This document shows positions 1 to 9,779 of a DNA stretch of 54,402 bases, piece by piece. The translations under genes and the position numbers were made by a program. The stretch lies in IMG/VR virus record IMGVR_UViG_3300036766_002274, positions 1-54,402 of that record. One strand, written 5' to 3'. Origin of the DNA: a virus (Duplodnaviria; Caudoviricetes). The notes beneath the pieces were generated by a model. The model had not been told where the DNA came from. It ran no database searches and saw only the letters and a program-made list of their open reading frames with translations. How positions within the stretch are numbered: position 1 is the first letter of the stretch; every line of letters starts with the position of its first letter.

Positions 1-948
1 ATGGCCCAGAACGAACACGACACACGCTCACTTGACCGTCTCCTAGAGACGGTGCATCCCGACCTCAAGGCCCAGCTCCTGCCGCTCAGGCGCGGCATGC
101 GTGCTGCCGGTAACGGCGTGCCTCACATCCGCAACACAATGTACTCCCTCATTCAGTTCGACCTGTGGCTGCCCCACCACGACATCAGCATCGCCACCCG
201 AGCTGACATCGAGAACTGGCTGGGCGAGTGCATGGACAAGTACAGCGTGCCCACGGTGACCCGTCACCGTGCTGGGCTACGCATCTACTACAAGCGACTG
301 AAAGACCTTGGCCTGCGAGCGGACACGCCGATGGACGGCGTGCGGCTGGCAGAGGCACCGGAGTCCGACAAGGACATCGTGCCACTCGCGGACATCCAGC
401 GAGTCTTGGCCGGTGAGGACAAGGCGAAGCGCTACGGGCCAGCAGCCATCCTCTCTACGCTGCTGGACACGGGCATGCGCTCTAGCGAGCTTTGCTCCAC
501 GTTACTGACCAACGTGGACTTCGATGAGCAGACCGTCTTCATACCAGCGATGAACTCCAAGACCAAGAAGGACAGGCTGGTCGGCTACACCGACCAGACC
601 GCCGACAGGCTGGACAGGTGGGTCGCCCTACGTAAGGACAAGAGCAGCCCATGGCTGTTCACGGGCCAGCCCGACAACGGCAGGGCCATGCCCTACACGC
701 GGAGCGGCTTGCTCCAGCTCGTCAAGAGGGTCTTTAAACGCTACGGGCTTGAGGGGATAGGCACACACGACCTGCGGCATACGTGGACAACGCACAGCCT
801 GAACCACCCTGATGCCCGTGAGACAGATATCATGGCACAGGGCGGCTGGAGTTCAACGAGAATGCTCGGGGTGTACGGGCGCAAAGGGAAAGAGCAGCGA
901 GCCGCGCGGGCTAACCGCACGACTTCACCGTTGGCCCAACTCCAGTAG
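1..948 (+). CDS. int: Tyrosine recombinase / phage integrase
   Basis: Catalytic residues in order: R (DTGMRSSEL), K (SKTKKDR), HxxR (HDLRHT), W (GGW), Y (GVY); N-terminal SAM-like region; tRNA directly downstream. Confidence 0.93.
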   Translation: MAQNEHDTRSLDRLLETVHPDLKAQLLPLRRGMRAAGNGVPHIRNTMYSLIQFDLWLPHHDISIATRADIENWLGECMDKYSVPTVTRHRAGLRIYYKRLKDLGLRADTPMDGVRLAEAPESDKDIVPLADIQRVLAGEDKAKRYGPAAILSTLLDTGMRSSELCSTLLTNVDFDEQTVFIPAMNSKTKKDRLVGYTDQTADRLDRWVALRKDKSSPWLFTGQPDNGRAMPYTRSGLLQLVKRVFKRYGLEGIGTHDLRHTWTTHSLNHPDARETDIMAQGGWSSTRMLGVYGRKGKEQRAARANRTTSPLAQLQ

Positions 949-961
949 ACTAAGAGACCGT

Positions 962-1037
962 GGGGCTATAGCTCAGTTGGGAGAGCACCTGCATGGCATG
1001 CAGGGGGTCGTCGGTTCGAGTCCGTCTAGCTCCACCA
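962..1037 (+). tRNA. tRNA-Ala(GGC), CCA encoded
   Basis: 76-nt cloverleaf; acceptor GGGGCTA/TAGCTCC with G3:U70; anticodon arm CCTGC-ATGGCAT-GCAGG; T loop TTCGAGT; ends ACCA. Confidence 0.97.
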
Positions 1038-1067
1038 CCTACCCAGTGCGGATGAACGGAGAGACAA

Positions 1068-1307
1068 GTGAACGACAAGCAAAAGGAACTCCTCTTGAAG
1101 GAGTTCAGGGCCATGGCTTTTGACCGCTACACGTTCAACGTGGAGCGTGAGACCATCCAGCCGGGGTTGACGTTCTCCGCCGAGGCTATGGATGAGGTGA
1201 CGGAGCTGCTCCGCATCTTCGTCGGCGCTCGCGTCCTCCATCGATGGGACACATCGAAAGAGCCTCCAACCGCACTGTCGATTACAGTGGAGGTCGAGGC
1301 TCGGTAG
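1068..1307 (+). CDS. Hypothetical protein (79 aa)
   Basis: GGAGAG upstream of GTG; normal composition. Confidence 0.6.
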   Translation: MNDKQKELLLKEFRAMAFDRYTFNVERETIQPGLTFSAEAMDEVTELLRIFVGARVLHRWDTSKEPPTALSITVEVEAR

Positions 1308-1351
1308 ATAGCCGTAGCAGGGTAGCGCAGACGGCTAGAGCGCATCGCTCA

Positions 1352-1363
1352 TAGCTCCACCAC
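1352..1363 (+). repeat. 12-bp copy of tRNA-Ala 3' end (TAGCTCCACCAC), att-core-like
   Basis: Identical to 1027-1038. Confidence 0.55.
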
Positions 1364-1364
1364 T

Positions 1365-2105
1365 TCATCGCGGCACCCATCTCAATGATGCCTCATCCCA
1401 GTCGAGCGTCACGCCTTGGCCCCAGATAGGTGAGGCATACGTTGACACGGTAGTATAGCCGCTGTATGGCAGGTTCGTCGGCAACGACGGGCTATTGGCA
1501 AAGGGATACGAGTAGCCACTGTACTGAACTGGTAGCGAGATTGGCGTTCTGCTTGTATCAGGCCACGCTGGCCTCTGCTTCTTCGGAGCTACGTGAGCGT
1601 AGCTGTCGATAGGCTTGATGGTGAGACCGGCCAGCTTCTTCTCAGCAATCTCCTGAGCCATCTTCTGGCAGACCGCGTGGTGCCACGCGAGCGTCATGCG
1701 CCAAGCGTCACAGCCGTTGCCGCCAGCGGCGTCACGCAGGTTGATGTCGTCCATGTAGGGGTCTTCCATCCACTGCGTGTCGTGATAGGTCTTGCCGTTG
1801 CTCCAACCGAAGGTGTGGTCACAGCCAGCAGTAAGTAGCTCGCGCTTCAGGCGCGATTCACGTCCTGCCTCCGTGCGAGGCGACAGCGCTGAGTCATCCT
1901 CGTAGGTGATGCCACGCATCATCGCTTCCCTGCCGAACATCGCCTGCGGACTTAGAAGGCGCTCCCTGATAATCCTGTCTGCCTGCTCGTGCATCATCGC
2001 CATAGAGAACTCTTTGTGAGCCTGCTTGCCAGCCCACTGATTGGCGTTAGTGACCGCCTGCTGTAGCAGTTGCTCAACCCAGTCGTATGCTTCGGCGGTT
2101 GTCAT
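1365..2105 (-). CDS. Hypothetical protein (246 aa)
   Basis: Long ORF; ATGA overlap with upstream gene. Confidence 0.7.
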   Translation of the reverse strand: MTTAEAYDWVEQLLQQAVTNANQWAGKQAHKEFSMAMMHEQADRIIRERLLSPQAMFGREAMMRGITYEDDSALSPRTEAGRESRLKRELLTAGCDHTFGWSNGKTYHDTQWMEDPYMDDINLRDAAGGNGCDAWRMTLAWHHAVCQKMAQEIAEKKLAGLTIKPIDSYAHVAPKKQRPAWPDTSRTPISLPVQYSGYSYPFANSPSLPTNLPYSGYTTVSTYASPIWGQGVTLDWDEASLRWVPR

Positions 2106-2290
2106 TCACCGCCACCTGTGGGGTCATCTGCCTTCTTGCGCGCTTCCTCGCCGTGCAGTGGGCAGTCCCAGTTCATGACGAACTGGCCGGGCATGCCCAT
2201 GTAGCCGCGACCATAGCCGTTGTCTATCACTGGGCACTCACAGCCAGCGTCGAGCGCCTCGTTGCTGCCGGGCTTAGGTGGTGTGGTCAC
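2102..2290 (-). CDS. Small Cys-containing phage protein
   Basis: PGSNEALDAGCECPVIDNGYGRG...CPLHG, a motif I recall from small phage proteins; GTG overlaps upstream TGA. Confidence 0.65.
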   Translation of the reverse strand: MTTPPKPGSNEALDAGCECPVIDNGYGRGYMGMPGQFVMNWDCPLHGEEARKKADDPTGGGE

Positions 2291-2619
2291 GACTTCACCA
2301 CAATCTCTGCCGGATTGATGCTGCCGTCTTCCTCGAAGACGAGCCTCAACACAGGGAGTAGTGCACGAAGCGTCGGGCTTTCCGCACCACCGTTGGCGAT
2401 TGTCCACCGTGTAACGAGCTGTTCGAAGGCGGCTCGTGGCGTGCCGCCAGCACCGAACAGGTCGGCAACGACCTGTTCGTCAGCGACGTAGTAGGCCAGC
2501 CAGATGCCTTCGTCGTAGTCGAAGTGGCACCACCAGTGCGTGCGCTCGATGCCGCCCTTCTCGTGGTACACGTCATCGTATCCCCCTATCTCTGTTCCTG
2601 CCGGGAATGGCTTTGTCAT
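2287..2619 (-). CDS. Hypothetical protein (110 aa)
   Basis: ORF coupled to neighbours by 4-bp overlaps. Confidence 0.6.
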   Translation of the reverse strand: MTKPFPAGTEIGGYDDVYHEKGGIERTHWWCHFDYDEGIWLAYYVADEQVVADLFGAGGTPRAAFEQLVTRWTIANGGAESPTLRALLPVLRLVFEEDGSINPAEIVVKS

Positions 2620-2845
2620 AGCGTGAACATGTCCTCTTCTTTGGCTGGCTCAGGGAACTCGAAGTAGAGCTTCCCGTCTTTTGCTTCATCGCTCTTGCAG
2701 CCGGTGCTTACCCAGCCCCAGAGCTGCCCTGCCTTCTTGGCAGACTCACCGTTTGGATGACGCTTGTCGTAGCTCGCACGCGAACGTGTGCCGATACATC
2801 TAAACGCGTGCTCAATTTTGCAGGAGGGGCACTGCGTGAACAGTA
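2616..2845 (-). CDS. Zn-ribbon-like hypothetical protein (start uncertain)
   Basis: CPSC..C..C motif; GGGAGG near 2850. Confidence 0.45.
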
Positions 2846-2865
2846 CCCCTCCCGGCTTGATGGAC

Positions 2866-3099
2866 TTAGCTGCCAACGGCAGGGTTGGCTGGCTCTTCAG
2901 CCGGGAGCCCGGTCTTCTCGCGGATGTACTTGTCAGCCGCGAGTATGGCAGTAGTAAGGCCACCAGCGAACACAAGGAAGGGCGTGCCTTCGAGTGCAAT
3001 CGGTGTCTGGGCAATGATGCTGGTGACGAGCGCGCTGGCTGTCAGCGCAGCGACAGTGCGGAGTGCGCGGATAAGTGCGCCCTTTGTGGGGTAGTTCAT
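2866..3099 (-). CDS. Putative holin
   Basis: 77 aa with two hydrophobic segments and a charged C-terminus; in lysis cassette. Confidence 0.65.
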   Translation of the reverse strand: MNYPTKGALIRALRTVAALTASALVTSIIAQTPIALEGTPFLVFAGGLTTAILAADKYIREKTGLPAEEPANPAVGS

Positions 3100-4124
3100 G
3101 AGCCGTACTTCTCTTTCAGATAGTTCATGGAAACTTCCATGATGTCGTAGTTGCCACCGGCAACCTCGTGCTTGACAATCAAGCCCCGCCATTCGCCGCT
3201 TGCCTGCGGCCCTCGGTAGGTCTCGTTGTGCTGGTAGAAGGAGCCGACGACCAAGCCGCGCTGGGTCTGTCCATTGCCAAGCTCGCGGCTCCCGATACGC
3301 TTGCCCTGCTGGTGCCCCATTGTGAACGTGTAGCCGATATTTCTGAGCATGTTGTCCACGCTTCCGGCATAGGCACGTCCGGTGTTGGGGTGGTAGAAGT
3401 AGTGACAGTACGCCACGCCATCGATGGTGACCGGGGTCAGGTAGTCGATAACTTCCCAGCCCAATTCTTTGTCGATGAAGTCCTCGAACCCGATGACACC
3501 TTCGAGCTTCGGGTCGGCGTTGACGGCACGCGTGATGCGGTCTTCGTGGTTGCCGCGAAGCAATACCTTGCGCTTCGGCTTCCAGCCCCCCAGTCCGAAC
3601 TCGAACCGAAGCAAGCCGTCGTTGCCTGCGACAATGTCGTCCTTGTAGCGCTTGCCCTCGAAGTACTTGCTGCCCGGCTTCTCATAGGACGAAAGGCTGG
3701 GCATGTCCCAGTGGTCACCGAGATGAACGATGACATCGGGCTTGCGCTCCGCCGCGTACCGGCCAGCCCAGTACATGTGCTCAAGGTCAACACCGGGCTT
3801 GCACTGGGTGTCGGGGATGATGAGGTGGCTGACGGGGGTCGCCGTCACCGGCTGCCCAATATGCTTGGCAGCGTTCTCGAAGACGCGCCCCCACGCCTCG
3901 GACTTGGCGGTCTGAGATGCGACCTTGGCCGCGTCTTCTGCCTTCATGGCTTCAACCTGAGCGTTGTACCACCGGGCGTTCTCTCCGTGCTTGACCTTGG
4001 CATCAGACGCCATACGGCGCACTGAGTGAGGGTTCACCCCGTAGTAGTCAGCGATGTGCTTGGTGGGCAAGCCAGCCGCGTAGTCAACGAGGATGGAGTC
4101 GAGGTGCGTGTTGTTCAATCCCAT
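3096..4124 (-). CDS. Calcineurin-like metallophosphoesterase with N-terminal HTH-like region
   Basis: IIPDTQ, LGDHWD, GNHE, CHY and MGHQQ motifs. Confidence 0.85.
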   Translation of the reverse strand: MGLNNTHLDSILVDYAAGLPTKHIADYYGVNPHSVRRMASDAKVKHGENARWYNAQVEAMKAEDAAKVASQTAKSEAWGRVFENAAKHIGQPVTATPVSHLIIPDTQCKPGVDLEHMYWAGRYAAERKPDVIVHLGDHWDMPSLSSYEKPGSKYFEGKRYKDDIVAGNDGLLRFEFGLGGWKPKRKVLLRGNHEDRITRAVNADPKLEGVIGFEDFIDKELGWEVIDYLTPVTIDGVAYCHYFYHPNTGRAYAGSVDNMLRNIGYTFTMGHQQGKRIGSRELGNGQTQRGLVVGSFYQHNETYRGPQASGEWRGLIVKHEVAGGNYDIMEVSMNYLKEKYGS

Positions 4125-4130
4125 AGTGAG

Positions 4131-4136
4131 ATTGTA
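4131..4136 (-). promoter_or_regulatory. -10 box TACAAT 6 nt before the ATG (leaderless-type promoter)
   Basis: Minus strand GTTACAATctcactATG; no Shine-Dalgarno. Confidence 0.5.
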
Positions 4137-4151
4137 ACTCTCACATGCAGG

Positions 4152-5030
4152 CTAAACTAGAGCCTTCGTCAGTGCGTCACGCACGGCCTTCACACACTCC
4201 CCGGAGTGGTCAATGGCATTGATGGTCGCGTCCTGTAGCCACGGCTTATAAGGGAAGTCCATGCCGATGTCCGGCCTGTCCCCGAACGCGCCTTCCACGT
4301 TCTCGAAGGCGTCCTTCAGGAAGAGCGGGAGCCAGCGGCTCATCGCGTCGGTGAAGAGGTTGTCGAATTGTTCCTGCGTGAGTGCCATGTCTGTCTCCGT
4401 GCCAAGGTTCTTGGCGTAGTTGAGGTCAACCGATTGCCCGGCGACCGTTGTTGTTCCGTTGTACTGCTCAATGGCCGAGTGTTCCCAGCCGCCGTAGTTA
4501 ATGCCGTCTTCATCTGGGTCGCCGTCGTAGTAGCTGTTCCAGAGGGGAAGGTGGCTGAAGCCGGTGTAGCCGGGGAGGTAGCTCCTCCACCACCAGCCAC
4601 CGCTGTACATGCCGGTGACGAGATTGAGCGCGTAGCACGCGTCTTCGCACTGCTGCAAGAAGCGCGTCCTGCCACTGGGCGACATAGCCTGACACGCCGG
4701 GTCTACGTCCTCGGCGTCGAGCCACCACATCCTGATGGGCAGCCCCTTTAAAGCGTCTACGCCTTGGCGTACCTGCACAGAAGCTTCGCCAGCAAAGTAA
4801 AGGTAGATGTACGCATCCGCCGTTCCGCCACGCGTGGCGTTCACCTCGAACCACATCGCCGCCTGCTGCCGTGCCCAGAGGCCAGCGCCACCGGGGTTCC
4901 CGGTGCCGACGATGATGTGCCTGATGCCGAGAGCCCACATCTCTTCCGCTTCAGACCGTGTGAGTTCGCCACCCCACCTCGACATGTCAACGCAGTTGAG
5001 AGACGGGAAGCCTGCTCCGAGCCCTGCCAT
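4152..5030 (-). CDS. Endolysin, GH25 muramidase-like
   Basis: VDMSRW, WLDAED, GMYSG..WW, PLWNSYY, EQY..T, VDLN motifs; TAATG coupling at 5030. Confidence 0.85.
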   Translation of the reverse strand: MAGLGAGFPSLNCVDMSRWGGELTRSEAEEMWALGIRHIIVGTGNPGGAGLWARQQAAMWFEVNATRGGTADAYIYLYFAGEASVQVRQGVDALKGLPIRMWWLDAEDVDPACQAMSPSGRTRFLQQCEDACYALNLVTGMYSGGWWWRSYLPGYTGFSHLPLWNSYYDGDPDEDGINYGGWEHSAIEQYNGTTTVAGQSVDLNYAKNLGTETDMALTQEQFDNLFTDAMSRWLPLFLKDAFENVEGAFGDRPDIGMDFPYKPWLQDATINAIDHSGECVKAVRDALTKALV

Positions 5031-5287
5031 TACTTCATCAACCCGAGGAGGGCGAGCGCCAGCCCCGGAGGGAGCGCTCCTATGAGCGCCCACACGGCTC
5101 GCTGGCCTGCGCTGTAGCCAGAGCTGGTATCGCTCTTGGTCTTGAGTAGGTCAACTTCTTTCCAGAGTTCGCCGAACTTCACGTCTGCCTCCCGCTTGTA
5201 GTCCTTGTGTTGGTCGATGTAGATGTCCAGCTTGGTTTCAATCTTCGCAATTGCTACGAGCACTGGTGTGATGGAATCGTCGGTCAT
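5030..5287 (-). CDS. Small coiled-coil membrane protein (lysis accessory / holin-like)
   Basis: Coiled coil plus C-terminal transmembrane segment, coupled to endolysin. Confidence 0.6.
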   Translation of the reverse strand: MTDDSITPVLVAIAKIETKLDIYIDQHKDYKREADVKFGELWKEVDLLKTKSDTSSGYSAGQRAVWALIGALPPGLALALLGLMK

Positions 5288-5311
5288 GGTGTCTGCCTTG
5301 TTCTTGATTGT

Positions 5312-6595
5312 TTACGGGTTGTAGTAAGGGATGTAGCGGAGGTTGCCGCCGACGTACCACGGGATGCGCCCTGCGTAGGTGCCAAGCGCAGTAGCGTCAG
5401 CATCCGGCGACGTGAACGCGCCGTTTGACGTGACCGAGAACTGTACCTGCGATGCGTTGTCCAGTACCTGAAACGAGTTAGACCCGGCCGCGTCGTTGAG
5501 GTTGATGGACAGGACAGTGCCTGTGCATTGGATCGAGTTGGTTTGGTTGCCTATGTTTGTTGAGTAGCCGGGGAAGAACTTTCCGTAGGCCGAGACGCCC
5601 AGTGAGTCACAGACGACACTCCCGCCGTTACCCCCGCGACCATACAGGGTGGCATCTTTCCCAGAAGGGGCCCCGAAGAAAATCCCAGTGGAAGTGGCCC
5701 AAATAGACCCTACATCGACGCCGCCCACCTTCCACTTGATGCTGTCTCCGAACGACCCCGCGCTAACAAGCGTGATGCCAGTGCTGTCCCAAAAACTGCC
5801 GTCAGCGTCGATAATCTTCCCACCAGCCCCGAGTGTAATTGTTCCAGAGACAGTAAGCGCACCCAAGTTCATCGTGCCGCCAGAGTTACCGAGTGTGCCA
5901 GAAATGGAAGCGCCATTAACTGTGCCAGCAGCCGAAAATGTAAGCGCGCCAGTAGTTATCGAAGAAGCGGAGAAGTTCGACACAGTGATACTTGCACAGT
6001 TCAGTGTGCCCGACGTGATACTAGCAGCACTAAGCGTGCCAGCGAAGGTTCCCGTCGCAGCACTCAGTGAACCTGCGAATGTACCAGAGGCAGCAGACAG
6101 TGCGCCACTGAAGGTGCCGCCACCGTTGACGCTGAGTGCAGCGCCACCGGCTGCGCTTGCAGCCGCGTAGGGGATACCCGCCGTCGTCGGGTTACTGATG
6201 GTCACACTGCCCTTGATGGTCAGTGTCGTGCCGTCCCACGTCAGGCCAGACGTACTGCCCGCGTTGCCAATCCTGAACTTCGGCGTGCCACTGTCGTTGC
6301 CCAGCCAGAAGCCATCGTGGGCCACGTCCGCGAAGGTGGTCATACCCTCTTTGATGTTGCCGCCTGTACCGATGGTGATGCCCGACGTGACACTCATGGC
6401 TCCGGTCACGGTCAGGGCACCAGTGTTGGCCGAGACAGCCGCCAGCTCGCTCACGTCAATCATGGATGACGTGATGCTCTTCGCCTTTAACAGTGCAGGG
6501 GAGATAGTCCCCGGCCCGAGCGCGCTCCTCTGGGGGAACGCGCCGTCGAGGAAGTCGTTCTTGAAGTCGATGAGTTCCTGAAGAATCCTGTCCAT
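5312..6595 (-). CDS. Tail fibre / host-specificity protein
   Basis: G/S/T-rich with GTFSGALSAA-type repeats and GFWLG..GTPKFRIG..LTWDGTTL motif. Confidence 0.75.
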   Translation of the reverse strand: MDRILQELIDFKNDFLDGAFPQRSALGPGTISPALLKAKSITSSMIDVSELAAVSANTGALTVTGAMSVTSGITIGTGGNIKEGMTTFADVAHDGFWLGNDSGTPKFRIGNAGSTSGLTWDGTTLTIKGSVTISNPTTAGIPYAAASAAGGAALSVNGGGTFSGALSAASGTFAGSLSAATGTFAGTLSAASITSGTLNCASITVSNFSASSITTGALTFSAAGTVNGASISGTLGNSGGTMNLGALTVSGTITLGAGGKIIDADGSFWDSTGITLVSAGSFGDSIKWKVGGVDVGSIWATSTGIFFGAPSGKDATLYGRGGNGGSVVCDSLGVSAYGKFFPGYSTNIGNQTNSIQCTGTVLSINLNDAAGSNSFQVLDNASQVQFSVTSNGAFTSPDADATALGTYAGRIPWYVGGNLRYIPYYNP

Positions 6596-6599
6596 TGTT

Positions 6600-8606
6600 T
6601 TAGGCTCCCGAGTCCGCTCTGTCGAAGACCACGCTGGCTTCCATCTCTGCACCGCCAGCCACGACACCGGGCCGCTCATGCCGCGTCGGCCTGTACTTGA
6701 GTGTGCTCATCGAGACGTAGAAGCTGTTGCCCAAGAAGTCCTCGTAGAGCATCTGGCCCTCTTCGCTGCGCATGTTTTCGAGCTGCGTCTTGATGACAGG
6801 AGCTTTAAACGCAGACGGCTTGCCAGCGTTGTTCTCAACGTGGTCAGCCACGCGGATGCCAGCCCCGATGGTCGGAAGATACTTGAACCGCACACGCTGA
6901 TGATGGTCGAACACGCGCAGTACGGGCGTGCTCGCGCCGGTACTGGTCAGCCGCCAGCGCAGCACGATGCTGCGCGACGACACGTTGGCGTAGTCGAGCT
7001 TGGACAAAAGCACACCTGAGCCACCGGAGCCGGTGTCTCCCAGCGCAGTGAACGTCGCGCCGTTATCAAGGGAGTACGCGACCGCGACCTTGAAGGACGC
7101 ACCTGTCGTGCCTTCGGTCTGGAACGCCACCCAGAGGTGCCTCTTGCTCAGGCCGGGGAAGGCGGCGCGCGTGATGGAGGTGTATAGGTCGCCAGTCGTT
7201 GCGAAGCTTGTGCCGGTAGACTCATTGAAGTCGGCGGGAATCTCCATGATGTACGTGCTGGTGACACTGGAGATGGTCGTGCCCCAGTAGAGGCGTGTGC
7301 CCACGCCGTTCGGCGCTGCGGTGAGGCCGTAGTAGGTGCGACTGTTAGCGATGTATGTGTTGTCTTCCCATAGGCACTCGAACGCATATCGAGCCCCGGA
7401 GAGCTTGGTGCCCCGGAGAAGAACCACAGAGGCCACGGTGCGGAGGGTGGGGACACGTACCTGAGCAAGTACATAGACATACTGGTTGTCTGCTCCCAGT
7501 CCAAGGATGGACTGCACTGAGAACCCTGACTGCTTGGAGAGCTTCAGAGCCGGGTTGGCACCGGTGCCGGGGTCATAGGCGTAGACCTCGGGGCCGACCG
7601 AGTAGTAGAGGAGGTCGCCACCAGAGGTGACGAACTTGAAGTTCTCTGGGCTGGGCTTGTCCTTCCACTGCCAGAACGTCTCGGTGACGTTCTGCTGGGA
7701 ATCGATGGCGTAGCCCGCGCTCTGTTTAAAGGCGTAGAGGTAGTCGTTTGCGGCGAAGAGCTTCGTAAACGGGTAGGTACTGTCGCCCACCTCGGGGGCC
7801 GTGATGCTACCCACTGTTGCCGTGATGGGGCCAGCAGCGCCGTCAGTGGTCTGGTCAACCGTGTAGAAAATCTTCTGGGTATCCACTGCCGTGAAGAGCG
7901 TGCCACGCACGGGCACGGCAAACTTCGGCCTGCCGAGTGCATCCGAGTACGGAGAGTGGTCACGCTTCGTCGGTGACCACGTCGCGCCTGCCGTCACGTC
8001 AGCCTGCGTCCAGAAGTCCACCACGTTGGCGGCGACCTCGGTCGGCGTGCATATCACACCGATGCCATTGAAGACACAGAAGTCCGTGATTGGCTTCGCG
8101 TTCGGCTCAGTCCAGACCAGCACCCATGCCGTGGTACTGTCCGTGGTGATGCGCCTGTAGAGGTAGACGCTCGACCAGCAGAAGTCGTAGCGCGTCAGCG
8201 TGGCGTAGTTATAGTAGGTGTAGAACCCGACGATGGCCGTGCCTGCCGAGCTGGGCAGTGCTAGTGGCGTCAGCGCCGGTGGCGCAAGGTACGCGTGGCC
8301 GTCGATGTGTGTGACCACGCCTGAGCCCCACCAATAGCCAGAGCCGTTCTTGTAGTCGTACTCAAGCTGGCCGAGACCGGCAGTCCAGTCGCCCTGAGCG
8401 AATGGTGTGTCCTTCTCGACCTCGAACTCCTGATGAGACTGGAACTCATCAGAGCCGTCACGCCCACCGTAGAGCCGTGGCCCGCCGACCTCATCAATGG
8501 TGAGCTGCTTGGACTGCCCCTCTGGCGAGACCAGCATGAAGCCGTACGTGCCCGCATTGGCACCAGAAGCGATGGTGACCTGAACGTCCCAAGGGAATGC
8601 CGCCAC
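6600..8606 (-). CDS. Podovirus tail nozzle / tail tubular B-like beta-rich protein
   Basis: 668 aa, beta-propeller-like composition, SLDNGATF Asp-box; position between adaptor and fibre. Confidence 0.6.
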   Translation of the reverse strand: MAAFPWDVQVTIASGANAGTYGFMLVSPEGQSKQLTIDEVGGPRLYGGRDGSDEFQSHQEFEVEKDTPFAQGDWTAGLGQLEYDYKNGSGYWWGSGVVTHIDGHAYLAPPALTPLALPSSAGTAIVGFYTYYNYATLTRYDFCWSSVYLYRRITTDSTTAWVLVWTEPNAKPITDFCVFNGIGVICTPTEVAANVVDFWTQADVTAGATWSPTKRDHSPYSDALGRPKFAVPVRGTLFTAVDTQKIFYTVDQTTDGAAGPITATVGSITAPEVGDSTYPFTKLFAANDYLYAFKQSAGYAIDSQQNVTETFWQWKDKPSPENFKFVTSGGDLLYYSVGPEVYAYDPGTGANPALKLSKQSGFSVQSILGLGADNQYVYVLAQVRVPTLRTVASVVLLRGTKLSGARYAFECLWEDNTYIANSRTYYGLTAAPNGVGTRLYWGTTISSVTSTYIMEIPADFNESTGTSFATTGDLYTSITRAAFPGLSKRHLWVAFQTEGTTGASFKVAVAYSLDNGATFTALGDTGSGGSGVLLSKLDYANVSSRSIVLRWRLTSTGASTPVLRVFDHHQRVRFKYLPTIGAGIRVADHVENNAGKPSAFKAPVIKTQLENMRSEEGQMLYEDFLGNSFYVSMSTLKYRPTRHERPGVVAGGAEMEASVVFDRADSGA

Positions 8607-9779
8607 TTAGCGTGCGCCCCGGCCCCAGCGTGCTGGCTGCTGCCACATCCGCCGAGCTGGCCGTCCCGAGGAGAACGTGCCCTTGTAGTTCTCGAACATG
8701 CTCATATAGAACTTGGCCTGCTTCTCGTAGAACTCCCTGTCGGTCGAGGCAGCACGCGCAGGCATGCGCGCGTAGAGGTACTGAGCGGCCATGAAGATGA
8801 TGAGTTCGACCTGTGGGTCGAGCACCTCGACGCTGTCGCTGTCGTTGTAGAGCTGACTGAGCATCCCTGTGCCGCGAATCCTGATGCGGCGCACCGGCAG
8901 TGTCACCGGCGTGGTCGTGGTTGTAGCCGCCACGTAGGGGAGCTGGCGCTTGAACTCGATGGTGTGCTGGAGGCCATCTTTGATAGGCTCGAAGGCGACC
9001 TCGCGCCACGGCTGGCCCAGCCTGTCCGGGTACGTGGCCCGGTCTGCCGACTCCATCTCCACCTTGTCCACGGCTTTGATGTCGTTGGGCACGGCATAGC
9101 TGAAGATGTCTTCAGCGCTCAGGAAGCCCGTGTTGACGATGCTCTTGGAGAGCCTCGGGTAGCACGCTGCGATTGCCCAGTTGATAGCCTCGCGGTACTC
9201 GCCCGGTGTCCAGCGCTGTGTGACCTCGAAGGCCACGCCGCTGCCGACAGACGTGATAGCCGGGAAGAGCGTGAACACGCCACCAGCCTTGACGAATGCA
9301 GTGACCTCGGTCACCTCACCCAGTGCTGTGGAGTTGAAGTACTGGCCGACGAAGTAGCTGGTCGGGTTCTTGTAGATGTCAATCTGGTTGCAGTTAGCCG
9401 TGACGGTGTTCCCGGCAGAGGTCGTAGTCCCAGAGACAAGGTCGTTCGTCAGCTTGCCCAGCTTCTGACGAAGCGTGGCAAGTGTCGTGCCGCCACCGAA
9501 GTGGAACGGGGACGCGTCATTTAAAGCTGAGTAGGTGCTGCCGTTGTACGCACGAATCTTGCCCCACTGCCCGGCGTTGCCAGCAGCGTAGGAGAACGTA
9601 AAGCTGTAGACGGCTGTGCTGAGCGAGAGCGCCAGCGTAGTCGGAGACGAAGCCACGGCACTGTTGGCGTACACGCCGTCAGGAGTGTTGGACACCCAGA
9701 GCGTGACACTCGTGTAGCCCTGAGCTACGAGGTCTGTGACTTGAAGTTGGTCGATTGGGACGCGAACTGTGACTGACAC
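8607..9779 (-). CDS. Putative head-tail adaptor
   Basis: TLATLRQ..EAINWAI..YAVPNDI pattern; position in tail module. Confidence 0.55.
   Translation of the reverse strand: MSVTVRVPIDQLQVTDLVAQGYTSVTLWVSNTPDGVYANSAVASSPTTLALSLSTAVYSFTFSYAAGNAGQWGKIRAYNGSTYSALNDASPFHFGGGTTLATLRQKLGKLTNDLVSGTTTSAGNTVTANCNQIDIYKNPTSYFVGQYFNSTALGEVTEVTAFVKAGGVFTLFPAITSVGSGVAFEVTQRWTPGEYREAINWAIAACYPRLSKSIVNTGFLSAEDIFSYAVPNDIKAVDKVEMESADRATYPDRLGQPWREVAFEPIKDGLQHTIEFKRQLPYVAATTTTTPVTLPVRRIRIRGTGMLSQLYNDSDSVEVLDPQVELIIFMAAQYLYARMPARAASTDREFYEKQAKFYMSMFENYKGTFSSGRPARRMWQQPARWGRGAR

Noticed and set aside
1442-1470. TTGACA as a promoter
   Set aside because: Inside a CDS on the opposite strand, with a poor -10
3168-4025. 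Long antisense ORFs (also 8433-9524, 15280-16410, 17597-18676, 29474-30442, 37490-38446, 48983-49978)
   Set aside because: Shadows of real genes caused by GC-rich codon bias; no motifs or RBS
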